Source of the DNA: Clostridia bacterium
GTDB taxonomy: Bacteria; Bacillota; Clostridia; Oscillospirales; RGIG8002
Length of the DNA stretch: 53,667 nt
Assembly (NCBI GenBank): GCA_017438525.1
Contig: JAFRVI010000022.1
Span: forward strand, 1-53,667
Direction: 5' to 3'
Shown: one piece after another, positions 14,773 through 22,865 of the stretch
Layout: every line of letters starts with the position of its first letter
Numbering within the stretch: the stretch's first letter is position 1
The notes under the pieces: generated by a model
The model's database searches: none
The model's input: only the letters and a program-made list of their open reading frames with translations
Told to the model about the DNA's origin: nothing
Made by a program: the position numbers and the translations under genes

Positions 14773-15936
14773 TTGGGGAAGATAAGGGTTTTATTCCCGT
14801 ATGTTGAAGCCGGATTCGGACATATCATGCCGATGCGAGCCCTCGAGCAGACCTTTCGCAAAAAGTACGGCGACAGAGTAGAAGTTATCTCCTCCGAGTT
14901 CTACACCGAGACCGGCGACAAGCACCTTGCGAAATACGAACAGGCGCTTGCCCGACAGGTGCGTATGTACAACCGAGCCCCGTTCGTCGGCTATGTTGCG
15001 ACCGGCTCCTGCGAGTTTTTCGGGAGCACGCTTTCGTCCTTCGCCTCCATGCGCTTTATCGGTCCCGTTGCCTGCAGCAGAGGCATAAAGCATATGCGCG
15101 AGCTTGCGCCGGACGTCGTGATAAACACACATTGGGCGCCTCACTACTACGCGAAACGCATCAAGCCGGAGCCGCTGACGATCATGTACTGCCCCGACGC
15201 GCAGCTCAACAAGCTTTTTGAGTATCAAAGCGATATGGTGCTTATAAGCATGCCCAAGGGCTACGAAAAAGCAATATCAAAACGCCGCTTCAATGAAGAC
15301 AACCTGAAACTCGTTCCTTTCCTCATTCGCAATGAGGCATTCGATATAACCGAGGACAAAAAGACGCTCCGCCGCCGACTCGGACTGCCGGAGGGCAACT
15401 TCACCGTCCTGCTCGTCGAGGGCGCTTACGGTATAGGAAAGATCGAGGAAATGACAAAGCTGCTCATCAAGGAACGTCTGCCGATAACGGTCATCTCCGT
15501 CTGCGGAAAGAATAAAAAGCTCTTTGAGCGCATGCAGGGTTTCAAGGCGGCGGACGAGGTCACCTTCAGGCCTTATTCCTTCGCCGAAAACATGCTCGAC
15601 CTGCACGCGGCGTCTGACGTATTCTGCGGAAAAAGCGGCAATATGCTCGCCGAGGCGACCTTCTACGGAAACCCGTCTGTCGTCACGCATTTCGCCAACC
15701 TCATAGAACGCAATATAGCCGATCATTATATCAACACCGTCGGCTGCGCGATAAAGCAGTTCTCCGTTAAAAAAGCGGCTGAACTGATAAGATCCTTCGC
15801 GCAGGACGAAACTCTGCTTGAACCGTACCGCCAAGCCGCGCGCGGATATCGCATACACTTCGGCTCCGAAGAGGCCGCCGACGTCATCTGGGAGCGTATC
15901 GTGCAGAATTTCCCGCAGCTCGCCGACGCGGAATAA
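14773..15936 (+). CDS. GT28-like glycosyltransferase (MGDG synthase / diacylglycerol glycosyltransferase family)
   Basis: The N-terminal VLFPYVEAGFGHIMPMRAL motif matches the MGDG_synth domain. A C-terminal GT-B half follows (CGKSGNMLAEATFYGNP). The TTG start is preceded by GAGGTG. Confidence 0.7.
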   Translation: MGKIRVLFPYVEAGFGHIMPMRALEQTFRKKYGDRVEVISSEFYTETGDKHLAKYEQALARQVRMYNRAPFVGYVATGSCEFFGSTLSSFASMRFIGPVACSRGIKHMRELAPDVVINTHWAPHYYAKRIKPEPLTIMYCPDAQLNKLFEYQSDMVLISMPKGYEKAISKRRFNEDNLKLVPFLIRNEAFDITEDKKTLRRRLGLPEGNFTVLLVEGAYGIGKIEEMTKLLIKERLPITVISVCGKNKKLFERMQGFKAADEVTFRPYSFAENMLDLHAASDVFCGKSGNMLAEATFYGNPSVVTHFANLIERNIADHYINTVGCAIKQFSVKKAAELIRSFAQDETLLEPYRQAARGYRIHFGSEEAADVIWERIVQNFPQLADAE

Positions 15937-15982
15937 TAACGCAAAAGGAATACTTTTTCGCCACGGCGGAAAAGAAAACGAG

Positions 15983-17323
15983 ATGAGTTATTCACAAATC
16001 GTCACGCTTATCATGAATATACTCTTTACCGCCCTGGGAGTGCTGATGGCGCATTTCGCCGTCTTCGCGCTCGCGGGTCTTTTGCGTAAAAAATCATACC
16101 CTAAAACCGAAAAAGTCAACAACTTCGGCATCATTATTCCCGCGAGAAACGAGGAATCGGTGGTCGCCGGACTTATTGAAAGCGTCAGGAAAAACCGCTA
16201 TCCGCAGGATCATCTGCACATCTTCGTCATCGCGCACAACTGTACCGACCGCACCGCAGAGATCGCGCGCGAGCTCGGAACGACAGTCTATGAATACAAC
16301 AATCCGAACGAGCGCACGATGGGTTACGCTTTCAAGCATCTGTTCTCCTGCATCGAGCGCGATTACGGGACACAGTCGTTCGACGGCTTCTTTCTCTTCA
16401 ACGCCGACAACATCCTCGATATCGATTACATAGCACGAATGAACGATGCATTCGAATACTACGATCGGGGCTCCGTCATCACATCCTTCAGAAACTCGAA
16501 AAACTTCGGCAAGAACCTGATATCCGGTCTCTACGGAATGTACTTTGCCGTCGGCTCCCGACTCGAAAGCCGCGGCAGGACGCGCCTCGGCTGCTCGACG
16601 CGCGTACAGGGCACCGGCTATCTTATCAGCTCAAAAGTCGTTGAGAACGGCTGGCCTTACGTTTCACTGACGGAAGACTGGGAATTCACCGCCGATCAGA
16701 TTCTTTTCAATAACAACATCAGATACTGCCACGACGCTGTGTTTTACGACGAGCAGCCGACCTCGATCCGCATCATGTGGCGCCAGCGCGTCCGCTGGTC
16801 GCGCGGACACCTGCTCGTGTTTTACGCGCGATTCAAAGAACTGTTCCGCGGGCTTTTCAAAAAGGATACGAAACACCGCGTCTCTCTTTATGATATCACT
16901 GTTTATATAATGCCGGTAACGCTGTTCATGATGCTGCTTCAGTTACTGCAGTTCGTTTTGCTCGCGATCACACCGCTGATTGAAAGCGGCGTCACGCTGC
17001 GGCAGGTGATGCTCGGCGATACGCTGAATTTCTGGACGTCGGGCGGACTGCTGTTTTCGTTTGCCAGGTCGTCGCTTTATTCGACAGCGGTGATGATGCT
17101 TATAGCGATCACGGTCTTCATCGTCGAGCGCAAGCGCATAAAAGGAGTGAGTTTCTTCAAAAAAGTGCTCATAACTCTCTTCTGGCCGGTATTCCTTTTT
17201 ATACAGCTCCCGATGGATATCCAGGCGTTTTTCTCCAGAAATCTCGGCTGGAAGCCGATACCGCACAGCGACCAGACAAAATTCGAGCACGTGAATCGAC
17301 CCGAACGCGATCTTTCCGTATAA
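15983..17323 (+). CDS. Membrane-embedded family-2 glycosyltransferase (processive type, QxxRW)
   Basis: IIIPARNEE, a DxD-like region, TEDWEF and QRVRWSRGH (QxxRW) motifs. TM helices lie at both ends. The start is placed at the ATG at 15983 (MSYSQIV...). Confidence 0.8.
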   Translation: MSYSQIVTLIMNILFTALGVLMAHFAVFALAGLLRKKSYPKTEKVNNFGIIIPARNEESVVAGLIESVRKNRYPQDHLHIFVIAHNCTDRTAEIARELGTTVYEYNNPNERTMGYAFKHLFSCIERDYGTQSFDGFFLFNADNILDIDYIARMNDAFEYYDRGSVITSFRNSKNFGKNLISGLYGMYFAVGSRLESRGRTRLGCSTRVQGTGYLISSKVVENGWPYVSLTEDWEFTADQILFNNNIRYCHDAVFYDEQPTSIRIMWRQRVRWSRGHLLVFYARFKELFRGLFKKDTKHRVSLYDITVYIMPVTLFMMLLQLLQFVLLAITPLIESGVTLRQVMLGDTLNFWTSGGLLFSFARSSLYSTAVMMLIAITVFIVERKRIKGVSFFKKVLITLFWPVFLFIQLPMDIQAFFSRNLGWKPIPHSDQTKFEHVNRPERDLSV

Positions 17324-17327
17324 CGAT

Positions 17328-17366
17328 CCGCAAACCTGCCCGTAACGGCGGGTTTGCGGCATTTTT
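17328..17366 (+). terminator. Rho-independent terminator after the GT2 gene
   Basis: ccgcaaacctgcc / ggcgggtttgcgg stem followed by cATTTTTT. Confidence 0.7.
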
Positions 17367-17379
17367 TAACAAATTTGTG

Positions 17380-17408
17380 TTGACAATTCCCGTTTTGTCA
17401 TATATAAT
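17380..17408 (+). promoter_or_regulatory. Consensus promoter for the zinc-ribbon membrane protein gene
   Basis: TTGACA at 17380-17385, a 17-nt spacer, and TATAAT at 17403-17408. Confidence 0.6.
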
Positions 17409-17446
17409 CAAAGCAGGTTCTAATTATTACAGAGGAGGAAATCACT

Positions 17447-18049
17447 ATGTTTTGTCCGAAATGCGGAATGGAGCTGCCTGACGGCTCCCAGTTCTGCCCC
17501 GCTTGCGGCGCTCAGTTGGGCGCTCAGACTCCCGCGGCCACCGAAGCTGCGAAACCCGCCGGTAATGCCGCCGGTGCGTTCAAACTTCCCGACGTTTACC
17601 ATCTGATCGTCATGGGTTGGACCCTTTTGGTCTTCATCTTCGGCTTCCTGCCGCTCTTCGGTTACTCCTATGACTACGGATTCGGCTACAGCGGAAGCGA
17701 ATCGTTCTCCATCCTGCACAGCCATATGTTCGATGCCAACGTGCTGCTGGGCTTCGCGAAGATCTTCATGATCATCTCCATCATTATCTTCGTGGTCTAT
17801 ATCGTTTCCCAGTTCATTGACTTCAACCAGCTGCTGAAGATCCCCTTCAACGTTGCCGAGAAGTCCACGCTTGCGTACTACTGCGTATATGCCGTTTCGA
17901 TGCTGTTCACCCTCATCGGCGCCATCATCGAGAGCGGATTCCACCCCGCTGCCTGCTGGTATATCGCGACCATCCTCTGCGCGGCCGGTTTCTTCCTTAT
18001 CCTCAAGCCCGATCTCGTCAAGAGCTGGTTCAGCAGCATCAAGAAGTAA
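17447..18049 (+). CDS. Zinc-ribbon domain membrane protein
   Basis: MFCPKCGMELPDGSQFCPACGAQL (CxxC...CxxC), followed by four predicted TM segments. AGGAGG RBS. Confidence 0.7.
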   Translation: MFCPKCGMELPDGSQFCPACGAQLGAQTPAATEAAKPAGNAAGAFKLPDVYHLIVMGWTLLVFIFGFLPLFGYSYDYGFGYSGSESFSILHSHMFDANVLLGFAKIFMIISIIIFVVYIVSQFIDFNQLLKIPFNVAEKSTLAYYCVYAVSMLFTLIGAIIESGFHPAACWYIATILCAAGFFLILKPDLVKSWFSSIKK

Positions 18050-18062
18050 TCACGGATTAACG

Positions 18063-18093
18063 AAAAAAGAACCGCCCGGGCGGTTCTTTTTTT
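18063..18093 (+). terminator. Rho-independent terminator
   Basis: gaaccgccc/gggcggttc perfect palindrome (18069-18086), followed by a T7 run. Confidence 0.8.
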
Positions 18094-18210
18094 GTGCGCA
18101 AAAACGCGGATATTGCGGTTTTTTCGCGCAAGCGAACGCATATTTTGTGTCCGCGTCGGAGTGTGTCGCCGCGCGTCGAACGGTTCTTTGGCGTATTAAG
18201 CGGAAAACTC

Positions 18211-18239
18211 TTGAAAATACATGAAAGCGGTATTATAAT
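18211..18239 (+). promoter_or_regulatory. Promoter candidate for the spo0A-like gene
   Basis: TTGAAA at 18211-18216, a 17-nt spacer, and TATAAT at 18234-18239. Confidence 0.55.
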
Positions 18240-18290
18240 ACAAGAAGACCGCGAAAAATACGCAAATAATATTTGAGAGGGGCCCGCAAT

Positions 18291-19043
18291 ATGGAGTACA
18301 AAGTACTTATTGCAGACGACTGCTTCGGCACCGAATCCGAAGCGGCGCGCATTCTCAAAGGGTATGGTATGCAGGCGGTTTTCTGCGGAAGGGACGGCAG
18401 AGAGGTAGTTAAAAAGACAGACGACCTGAAGCCGAACGCAGTTGTGATGAATTTGTCCATGCGGAGCATAGACGGACTCGGCGTGCTTTCGCTGATGAAG
18501 TCAAAGCCGGACGCTCCGCGCTTCGTCGCCGTTTATTCCGGAGACGACAGCGCTCCGGTCGAGGAGGCGATGGAGCTCGGAGCAGCGTACTGCGTCCCGC
18601 TGCCGATCGACCGTAATCTGCTCGCTTCAAAGCTTGACGAATTAAAGTTCAGAGCCGAGACCGCTTCGCTCAACGCCGCTCCGCCGAAGCCGAAGCGCGA
18701 CGTGGAGGCGGAGATAACGGAGCTGCTTCACACGCTGGCGGTGCCGGCGCACATAAAGGGCTATCAGTATCTGCGCGAGGCGATAATGCTCACCCTGCGC
18801 GATATGGATCTGATCAACTCGGTGACGAAAGAGCTTTATCCCATGGTCGCCAAACGCTTCGGGACCACGCCTTCGCGCGCCGAACGCGCGATAAGGCACG
18901 CGATAGAGGTCGCCTGGGACCGCGGCGACGTGGAGGTACTGAACGGCTTTTTCGGCTACACGATACGCTCCGACCGCGGCAAGCCGACGAACAGCGAATT
19001 CATCGCGCTCGTTGCTGACCGCCTGCGGCTGAAGGCGATGTAA
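18291..19043 (+). CDS. spo0A: Spo0A-family sporulation transcription factor with an atypical receiver domain
   Basis: The C-terminal domain is almost diagnostic: [15 protein letters not shown]...[30 protein letters not shown]....L...FGYT.....[18 protein letters not shown]. The N-terminal CheY-like fold begins KVLIADD. The start is placed at the ATG at 18291, after GAGAGGGG. Confidence 0.85.
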   Translation: MEYKVLIADDCFGTESEAARILKGYGMQAVFCGRDGREVVKKTDDLKPNAVVMNLSMRSIDGLGVLSLMKSKPDAPRFVAVYSGDDSAPVEEAMELGAAYCVPLPIDRNLLASKLDELKFRAETASLNAAPPKPKRDVEAEITELLHTLAVPAHIKGYQYLREAIMLTLRDMDLINSVTKELYPMVAKRFGTTPSRAERAIRHAIEVAWDRGDVEVLNGFFGYTIRSDRGKPTNSEFIALVADRLRLKAM

Positions 19044-19056
19044 AACCGTAAATCAA

Positions 19057-19087
19057 AAGGACGCTCCCGAATTCTTCGGGAGCGTCC
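19057..19087. terminator. Bidirectional terminator between spo0A and the convergent lipoprotein gene
   Basis: aggacgctcccga / tcgggagcgtcct 13-bp stem with A-run and T-rich flanks. Confidence 0.75.
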
Positions 19088-19103
19088 TTCTTCATATTCG
19101 TTA

Positions 19104-19667
19104 TCAATACCACTTGAACTCGATGGTATTCATAAACTTCTCGACCTGCGAGGCGTCATAACCCTCTTTATAGACGGTGTAAAGGATGCGGTAATAACTC
19201 CATTCCATCTGGTTTCTGCTCTCGGTGAAGGCGATCTTTATAACGTAGATGCACCAGTCGGGCATACCGTAGTGGTTTATGATCTCCTGGTATTCGTAGG
19301 TGCGTCCGTTGACGGTCTTCGTCTGAACCGGGGCTTCGTTGTCATACTCGTGGTAGGCGACGACGTCCGCGTCGTAGCGGTCGACCTCGACCATGCAGCT
19401 GACGCCCATATCGGTGAAGAGATTGCCCTGATGATTCGCGGGCAACTTAAACGAAACGCCGTCGTCTTCATAGGTGAGCGGGTCGGTGAACTCCTCTTTT
19501 TCGCCCCACTCGAAGCTGCCGGCCGAGCCGGCGGACGAGCTTTCCTTCTCGCTGCTGCCGGCGCCGGAGCCGCTTCCGCCGGAGGCGGTCTCACTTCCGG
19601 AGCCGCAGCCGAAGGTCAGCAGCATTGAGGCGATAATGAGCATACACAGTATCAGACGTTTTTTCAT
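19104..19667 (-). CDS. Lipoprotein of unknown function
   Basis: Signal peptide with lipobox (MKKRLILCMLIIASMLLTFGCGS), then a Ser/Gly-rich linker and a roughly 130-aa globular domain. Confidence 0.7.
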   Translation of the reverse strand: MKKRLILCMLIIASMLLTFGCGSGSETASGGSGSGAGSSEKESSSAGSAGSFEWGEKEEFTDPLTYEDDGVSFKLPANHQGNLFTDMGVSCMVEVDRYDADVVAYHEYDNEAPVQTKTVNGRTYEYQEIINHYGMPDWCIYVIKIAFTESRNQMEWSYYRILYTVYKEGYDASQVEKFMNTIEFKWY

Positions 19668-19694
19668 ATTGTTCCCCCGTTATGTAAATCCGCG

Positions 19695-20666
19695 TCAGGT
19701 GCGCGGATCGTCGTCGCAGCAGTAGTCCGGCTTCGGCGGCTGCGGCGCCGCGGGCGCGGGCTTCGTCACGTCGCCGAGACCGGTGACCTCGGAGAAGAGC
19801 ACGCTGCGGTTGACGGCCTCCACCGCGTCGGTGGGAATGATTATCTTGGACGCCTTGCCGTCCGCCATGCGGACGAGCGCGTCGTACTTTTTAAGCTCTA
19901 TGACGGCGGCGTCGGCTCCGGCGTCCTTGAGCGCCTGGATGCCGTCGGCTTCCGCCTTTTTCGCGAGGTAGATGGCCTTCGCTTCGCCTTCCGCGCGGGC
20001 GATACGCGCGTCGCGTTCGCCCTCTGCGGCGAGGATCATCGCCTGCTTGTCGCCCTCCGCGCGGGTGATCGCGGCGGCCTTGTGGCCCTCCGCCTGAAGC
20101 AGCGTTTCGCGGCGGTCGCGTTCCGCCTTCATCTGCTTCTCCATCGCGACCTGTATCTCTCTGGGCGGGATGATGTTTTTCAGTTCAACGCGGCTGACCT
20201 TGATGCCCCACTGGTCGGTGGCTTCGTCGAGGATCTCGGTCATCTTGGCGTTGATCGTGTCGCGGCTGGTGAGCGTTCCGTCGAGCTCCAGCTCGCCTAC
20301 GATGTTACGCAGCGTCGTGGCGGTGAGGTTCTCGAGCGCGCTGATGGGGTTGACCGCGCCGTAGGTGAAAAGCTTGGAGTCGAACACCTTGAAGTAGACG
20401 ACGGTGTCGATCTGCATCGTGACGTTATCCTTCGTGATAACGGGCTGCGGCGGGGAGTCGAGCACCTGCTCCTTCAGCGTGATCCTGCGGGCGATGCGCT
20501 CGAAGAACGGGATCAGCACGTGAAAACCGGCCGCCCAGGTGGTCTTGTACTTCCCGAGGAATTCGATGACGTACTCGTGCGCCTGCGGCACTATCTTCAT
20601 ATTCGCGAGGATGAAGAGCAGCACGAATGCGGCGACGACTATGATTACGATTGTTACGGGCTCCAT
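19695..20666 (-). CDS. SPFH/band-7 (stomatin-like) membrane protein
   Basis: N-terminal TM helix, an SPFH core (VPQAHEYVIEFLGKY...ITKDNVTMQIDTVVYFKV) and a C-terminal Ala/Glu-rich coiled coil. AGGAGG RBS. Confidence 0.9.
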   Translation of the reverse strand: MEPVTIVIIVVAAFVLLFILANMKIVPQAHEYVIEFLGKYKTTWAAGFHVLIPFFERIARRITLKEQVLDSPPQPVITKDNVTMQIDTVVYFKVFDSKLFTYGAVNPISALENLTATTLRNIVGELELDGTLTSRDTINAKMTEILDEATDQWGIKVSRVELKNIIPPREIQVAMEKQMKAERDRRETLLQAEGHKAAAITRAEGDKQAMILAAEGERDARIARAEGEAKAIYLAKKAEADGIQALKDAGADAAVIELKKYDALVRMADGKASKIIIPTDAVEAVNRSVLFSEVTGLGDVTKPAPAAPQPPKPDYCCDDDPRT

Positions 20667-20770
20667 AATAATACCTCCTGAATATTATTATTAACATCGG
20701 CATTATACCATATCCGCGCGAAACAGTCAATATAATCGCGTCCGATTTCGGTATTTCGTGAAACAAAAAG

Positions 20771-20797
20771 AAAAGACGACCCTCGCGGATCGTCTTC
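20771..20797 (-). terminator. Terminator downstream of tRNA-Met
   Basis: On the minus strand, a gaagacga / tcgtcttt stem is followed by a T-rich run (tcgtcttttctttttgtttc). Confidence 0.6.
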
Positions 20798-20801
20798 CCT
20801 G

Positions 20802-20878
20802 TGGTAGCGGTAGTTGGACTCGAACCAACGACACTCCGGGTATGAACCGAATGCTCTAGCCAACTGAGCTATACCGCC
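20802..20878 (-). tRNA. tRNA with CAT anticodon (elongator tRNA-Met type; tRNA-Ile2/lysidine not excluded)
   Basis: I folded the cloverleaf by hand: GGCGGTA-TA-GCTC-AGTTGGCTA-GAGC-A-TTCGG-TTCATAC-CCGGA-GTGTC-GTTGG-TTCGAGT-CCAAC-TACCGCT-A-CCA. It is 77 nt with an encoded CCA. Confidence 0.85.
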
Positions 20879-20974
20879 GTATTCTCGGCAACAGCCGTAA
20901 TTGTGATTATATTACAACGCGGCCGCGTTGTCAAGCAAAAATTTTCAAGTTCGCAAAAAAATATAAAAAAACAC

Positions 20975-21003
20975 TTGACATTTTTCACCCGCGCCTATAT
21001 AAT
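20975..21003 (+). promoter_or_regulatory. Consensus promoter of tRNA-Thr
   Basis: TTGACA at 20975-20980, a 17-nt spacer, and TATAAT at 20998-21003. Confidence 0.6.
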
Positions 21004-21013
21004 AATCGTTGCT

Positions 21014-21089
21014 GCTGTTGTGGCACAGTTGGTAGCGCACCGCCTTGGTAAGGCGGAGGTCACGGGTCCGAATCCCGTCAACAGCTCCA
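21014..21089 (+). tRNA. tRNA-Thr (GGT) with a non-canonical T-loop
   Basis: Hand-folded: GCTGTTG-TG-GCAC-AGTTGGTA-GCGC-A-CCGCC-TTGGTAA-GGCGG-AGGTC-ACGGG-TCCGAAT-CCCGT-CAACAGC-T-CCA. It is 76 nt with an encoded CCA. Confidence 0.8.
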
Positions 21090-21094
21090 TTAGG

Positions 21095-21130
21095 GAAGCA
21101 TCCGCTTACGCGGGTGCTTCTTTGTTTTTA
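21095..21130 (+). terminator. Terminator after tRNA-Thr (convergent with the pepT end)
   Basis: gaagcatccgc / gcgggtgcttc stem followed by TTTGTTTTT. Confidence 0.7.
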
Positions 21131-21140
21131 TCGGCGCGCG

Positions 21141-22376
21141 TCAGCCGGCGTAGCGTTTTACTATACCGACCAGCGTGCCGACGGCGGCGTCCATGCCCTC
21201 GACCGTGGCGTGCTCGTAAGGGCCGTGGAAAGCGTTGCCGCCGGTGCCGAGGTTCGGGCACGGCAGGCCCATGAAGGAGAGGCGCGCGCCGTCCGTGCCG
21301 CCGCGGACGGGCTTGCGGACCGGAGTCATACCGCCCTCCGCTATCGCCGCTTCGGCGTTCTCGACCAGGTGCATGCACGGCTCGATGCGCTCGCGCATAT
21401 TGCGGTATTGCTCGCGGACGGTCAGCTTGACCGTTCCCTCGCCGTAGCGGGCGTTCATATCGGCGGCTATACTTTCAAGCGTTTTCACGCGGGCGGCGAA
21501 AGAAGCCGCGTCGTGATCGCGGATTATGTACTGCAGCACGGCGGACGAAACGTCGCCCTGCATATCGGTCAGGTGCCAGAAGCCCTCGTAGCCCTCGGTA
21601 TCCGCCGGCGTCTGCCCCTTCGGGAGCGCGGCGTTGAACTCCGTAGCGAGCAGCGCGGCGTTGATCATAACGTTCTTCGCCGTGCCGGGATGCACGCTCT
21701 TGCCGGTGAAAACGGCCTTCGCCGCGGCGGCGTTGAAATTCTCGAACTCGATGCAGTTCTCCATATCGCCGTCCGCGGTGTAGGCGAAATCCGCGCCGAA
21801 GCCCTCGACGTCGAAGTGGTCCGGCCCTCTGCCGACCTCTTCGTCCGGCGTGAAGCCGATGCAGATCTTCCCGTGCGGAATATTCTCTTTCAAAACGCGC
21901 TCGGCGAGCGTCATTATTTCGGCGACTCCCGCCTTGTCGTCAGCGCCGAGCAGAGTCGTGCCGTCGGTCGTGATCAGCGTGCGCCCCGCCAGCCCTTTCA
22001 GGTGCGGGAAGTCGCGGACGGAAAGCGTCAGTCCGTTCCCTATCGCGACGTCGCCGCCGTCGTAGTCCTCCCACACGCGCGGGCGGACGTTTTCGCCGGG
22101 GGCGTCCGGCGAGGTGTCCATATGCGCGATGAATCCGATCGCGGGCGCGTTTTCGCAGCCCGCGGAAGCGGGTATTTCGCCGTAAACGTAACAATACTCG
22201 CTCATGCGCACGTTTGAAACGCCGAGCGCGATAAGCTCGTCGCGCAGCGCCTCGGCAAGCGCGAACTGCCGCGCGGTCGAGGGCGACGTTTCGCTGTCCT
22301 CGTCGCTCGTCGTGTGGAACGCGGCGTATTTCAGCAGCCGCTTCGCCGCGGCGCTCTCTTCAACTTTTCTGCTCAT
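21141..22376 (-). CDS. pepT: Peptidase T (tripeptide aminopeptidase, M20B)
   Basis: Similar over its full length to PepT: LLKYAAFHTTSDE, GFIAHMDT, TTDGTTLLGADDKAG, GFTPDEEVG, GGTDGA. Confidence 0.9.
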   Translation of the reverse strand: MSRKVEESAAAKRLLKYAAFHTTSDEDSETSPSTARQFALAEALRDELIALGVSNVRMSEYCYVYGEIPASAGCENAPAIGFIAHMDTSPDAPGENVRPRVWEDYDGGDVAIGNGLTLSVRDFPHLKGLAGRTLITTDGTTLLGADDKAGVAEIMTLAERVLKENIPHGKICIGFTPDEEVGRGPDHFDVEGFGADFAYTADGDMENCIEFENFNAAAAKAVFTGKSVHPGTAKNVMINAALLATEFNAALPKGQTPADTEGYEGFWHLTDMQGDVSSAVLQYIIRDHDAASFAARVKTLESIAADMNARYGEGTVKLTVREQYRNMRERIEPCMHLVENAEAAIAEGGMTPVRKPVRGGTDGARLSFMGLPCPNLGTGGNAFHGPYEHATVEGMDAAVGTLVGIVKRYAG

Positions 22377-22437
22377 AGCAACCTCTTTATGCGTAGAATT
22401 GTCAGACGGTTTCTATCTTGGCGAAAACCGCATACGT

Positions 22438-22827
22438 TTATATGACGACCTTGCTTTCCGTTTCTTTCAACTTTTTGCTCTTTATATAACACGCCATACC
22501 GAAAAGCGTAAGCGTTATAATGATACCGACAGACAGAGCCATTAAAGCGAGCAAATCTCCTTCCGGATCTTCTCTTATACCATTTGTTATATTGTATAAC
22601 AAATAGGAGAGCTGAATCGCAATAGTGTTCGACAATAATAAATTCAAAAACAAAATTATAAGCCCCGACAGTTTTTCCGAAAAACGAAAATCGGCATAAG
22701 CAAGTGCAAACAGACCGACAAGCAGAAATATCCATGCGCCTGCACCGAGAAAATGGAATGCCGCACCTATCGCAACTAATAAATAGTTCATCAGAATAAG
22801 AGCTATTATTTTCAGATATCCTTTCAT
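22438..22827 (-). CDS. Small integral membrane protein of unknown function (4 predicted TM helices)
   Basis: A strongly hydrophobic 129-aa ORF. AGGTGAG RBS precedes the ATG at 22827. It is markedly AT-rich compared with both neighbours. Confidence 0.6.
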   Translation of the reverse strand: MKGYLKIIALILMNYLLVAIGAAFHFLGAGAWIFLLVGLFALAYADFRFSEKLSGLIILFLNLLLSNTIAIQLSYLLYNITNGIREDPEGDLLALMALSVGIIITLTLFGMACYIKSKKLKETESKVVI

Positions 22828-22865
22828 AAACTCACCTGCTTTCAAATAATCCTTTCGCGGAGCGT

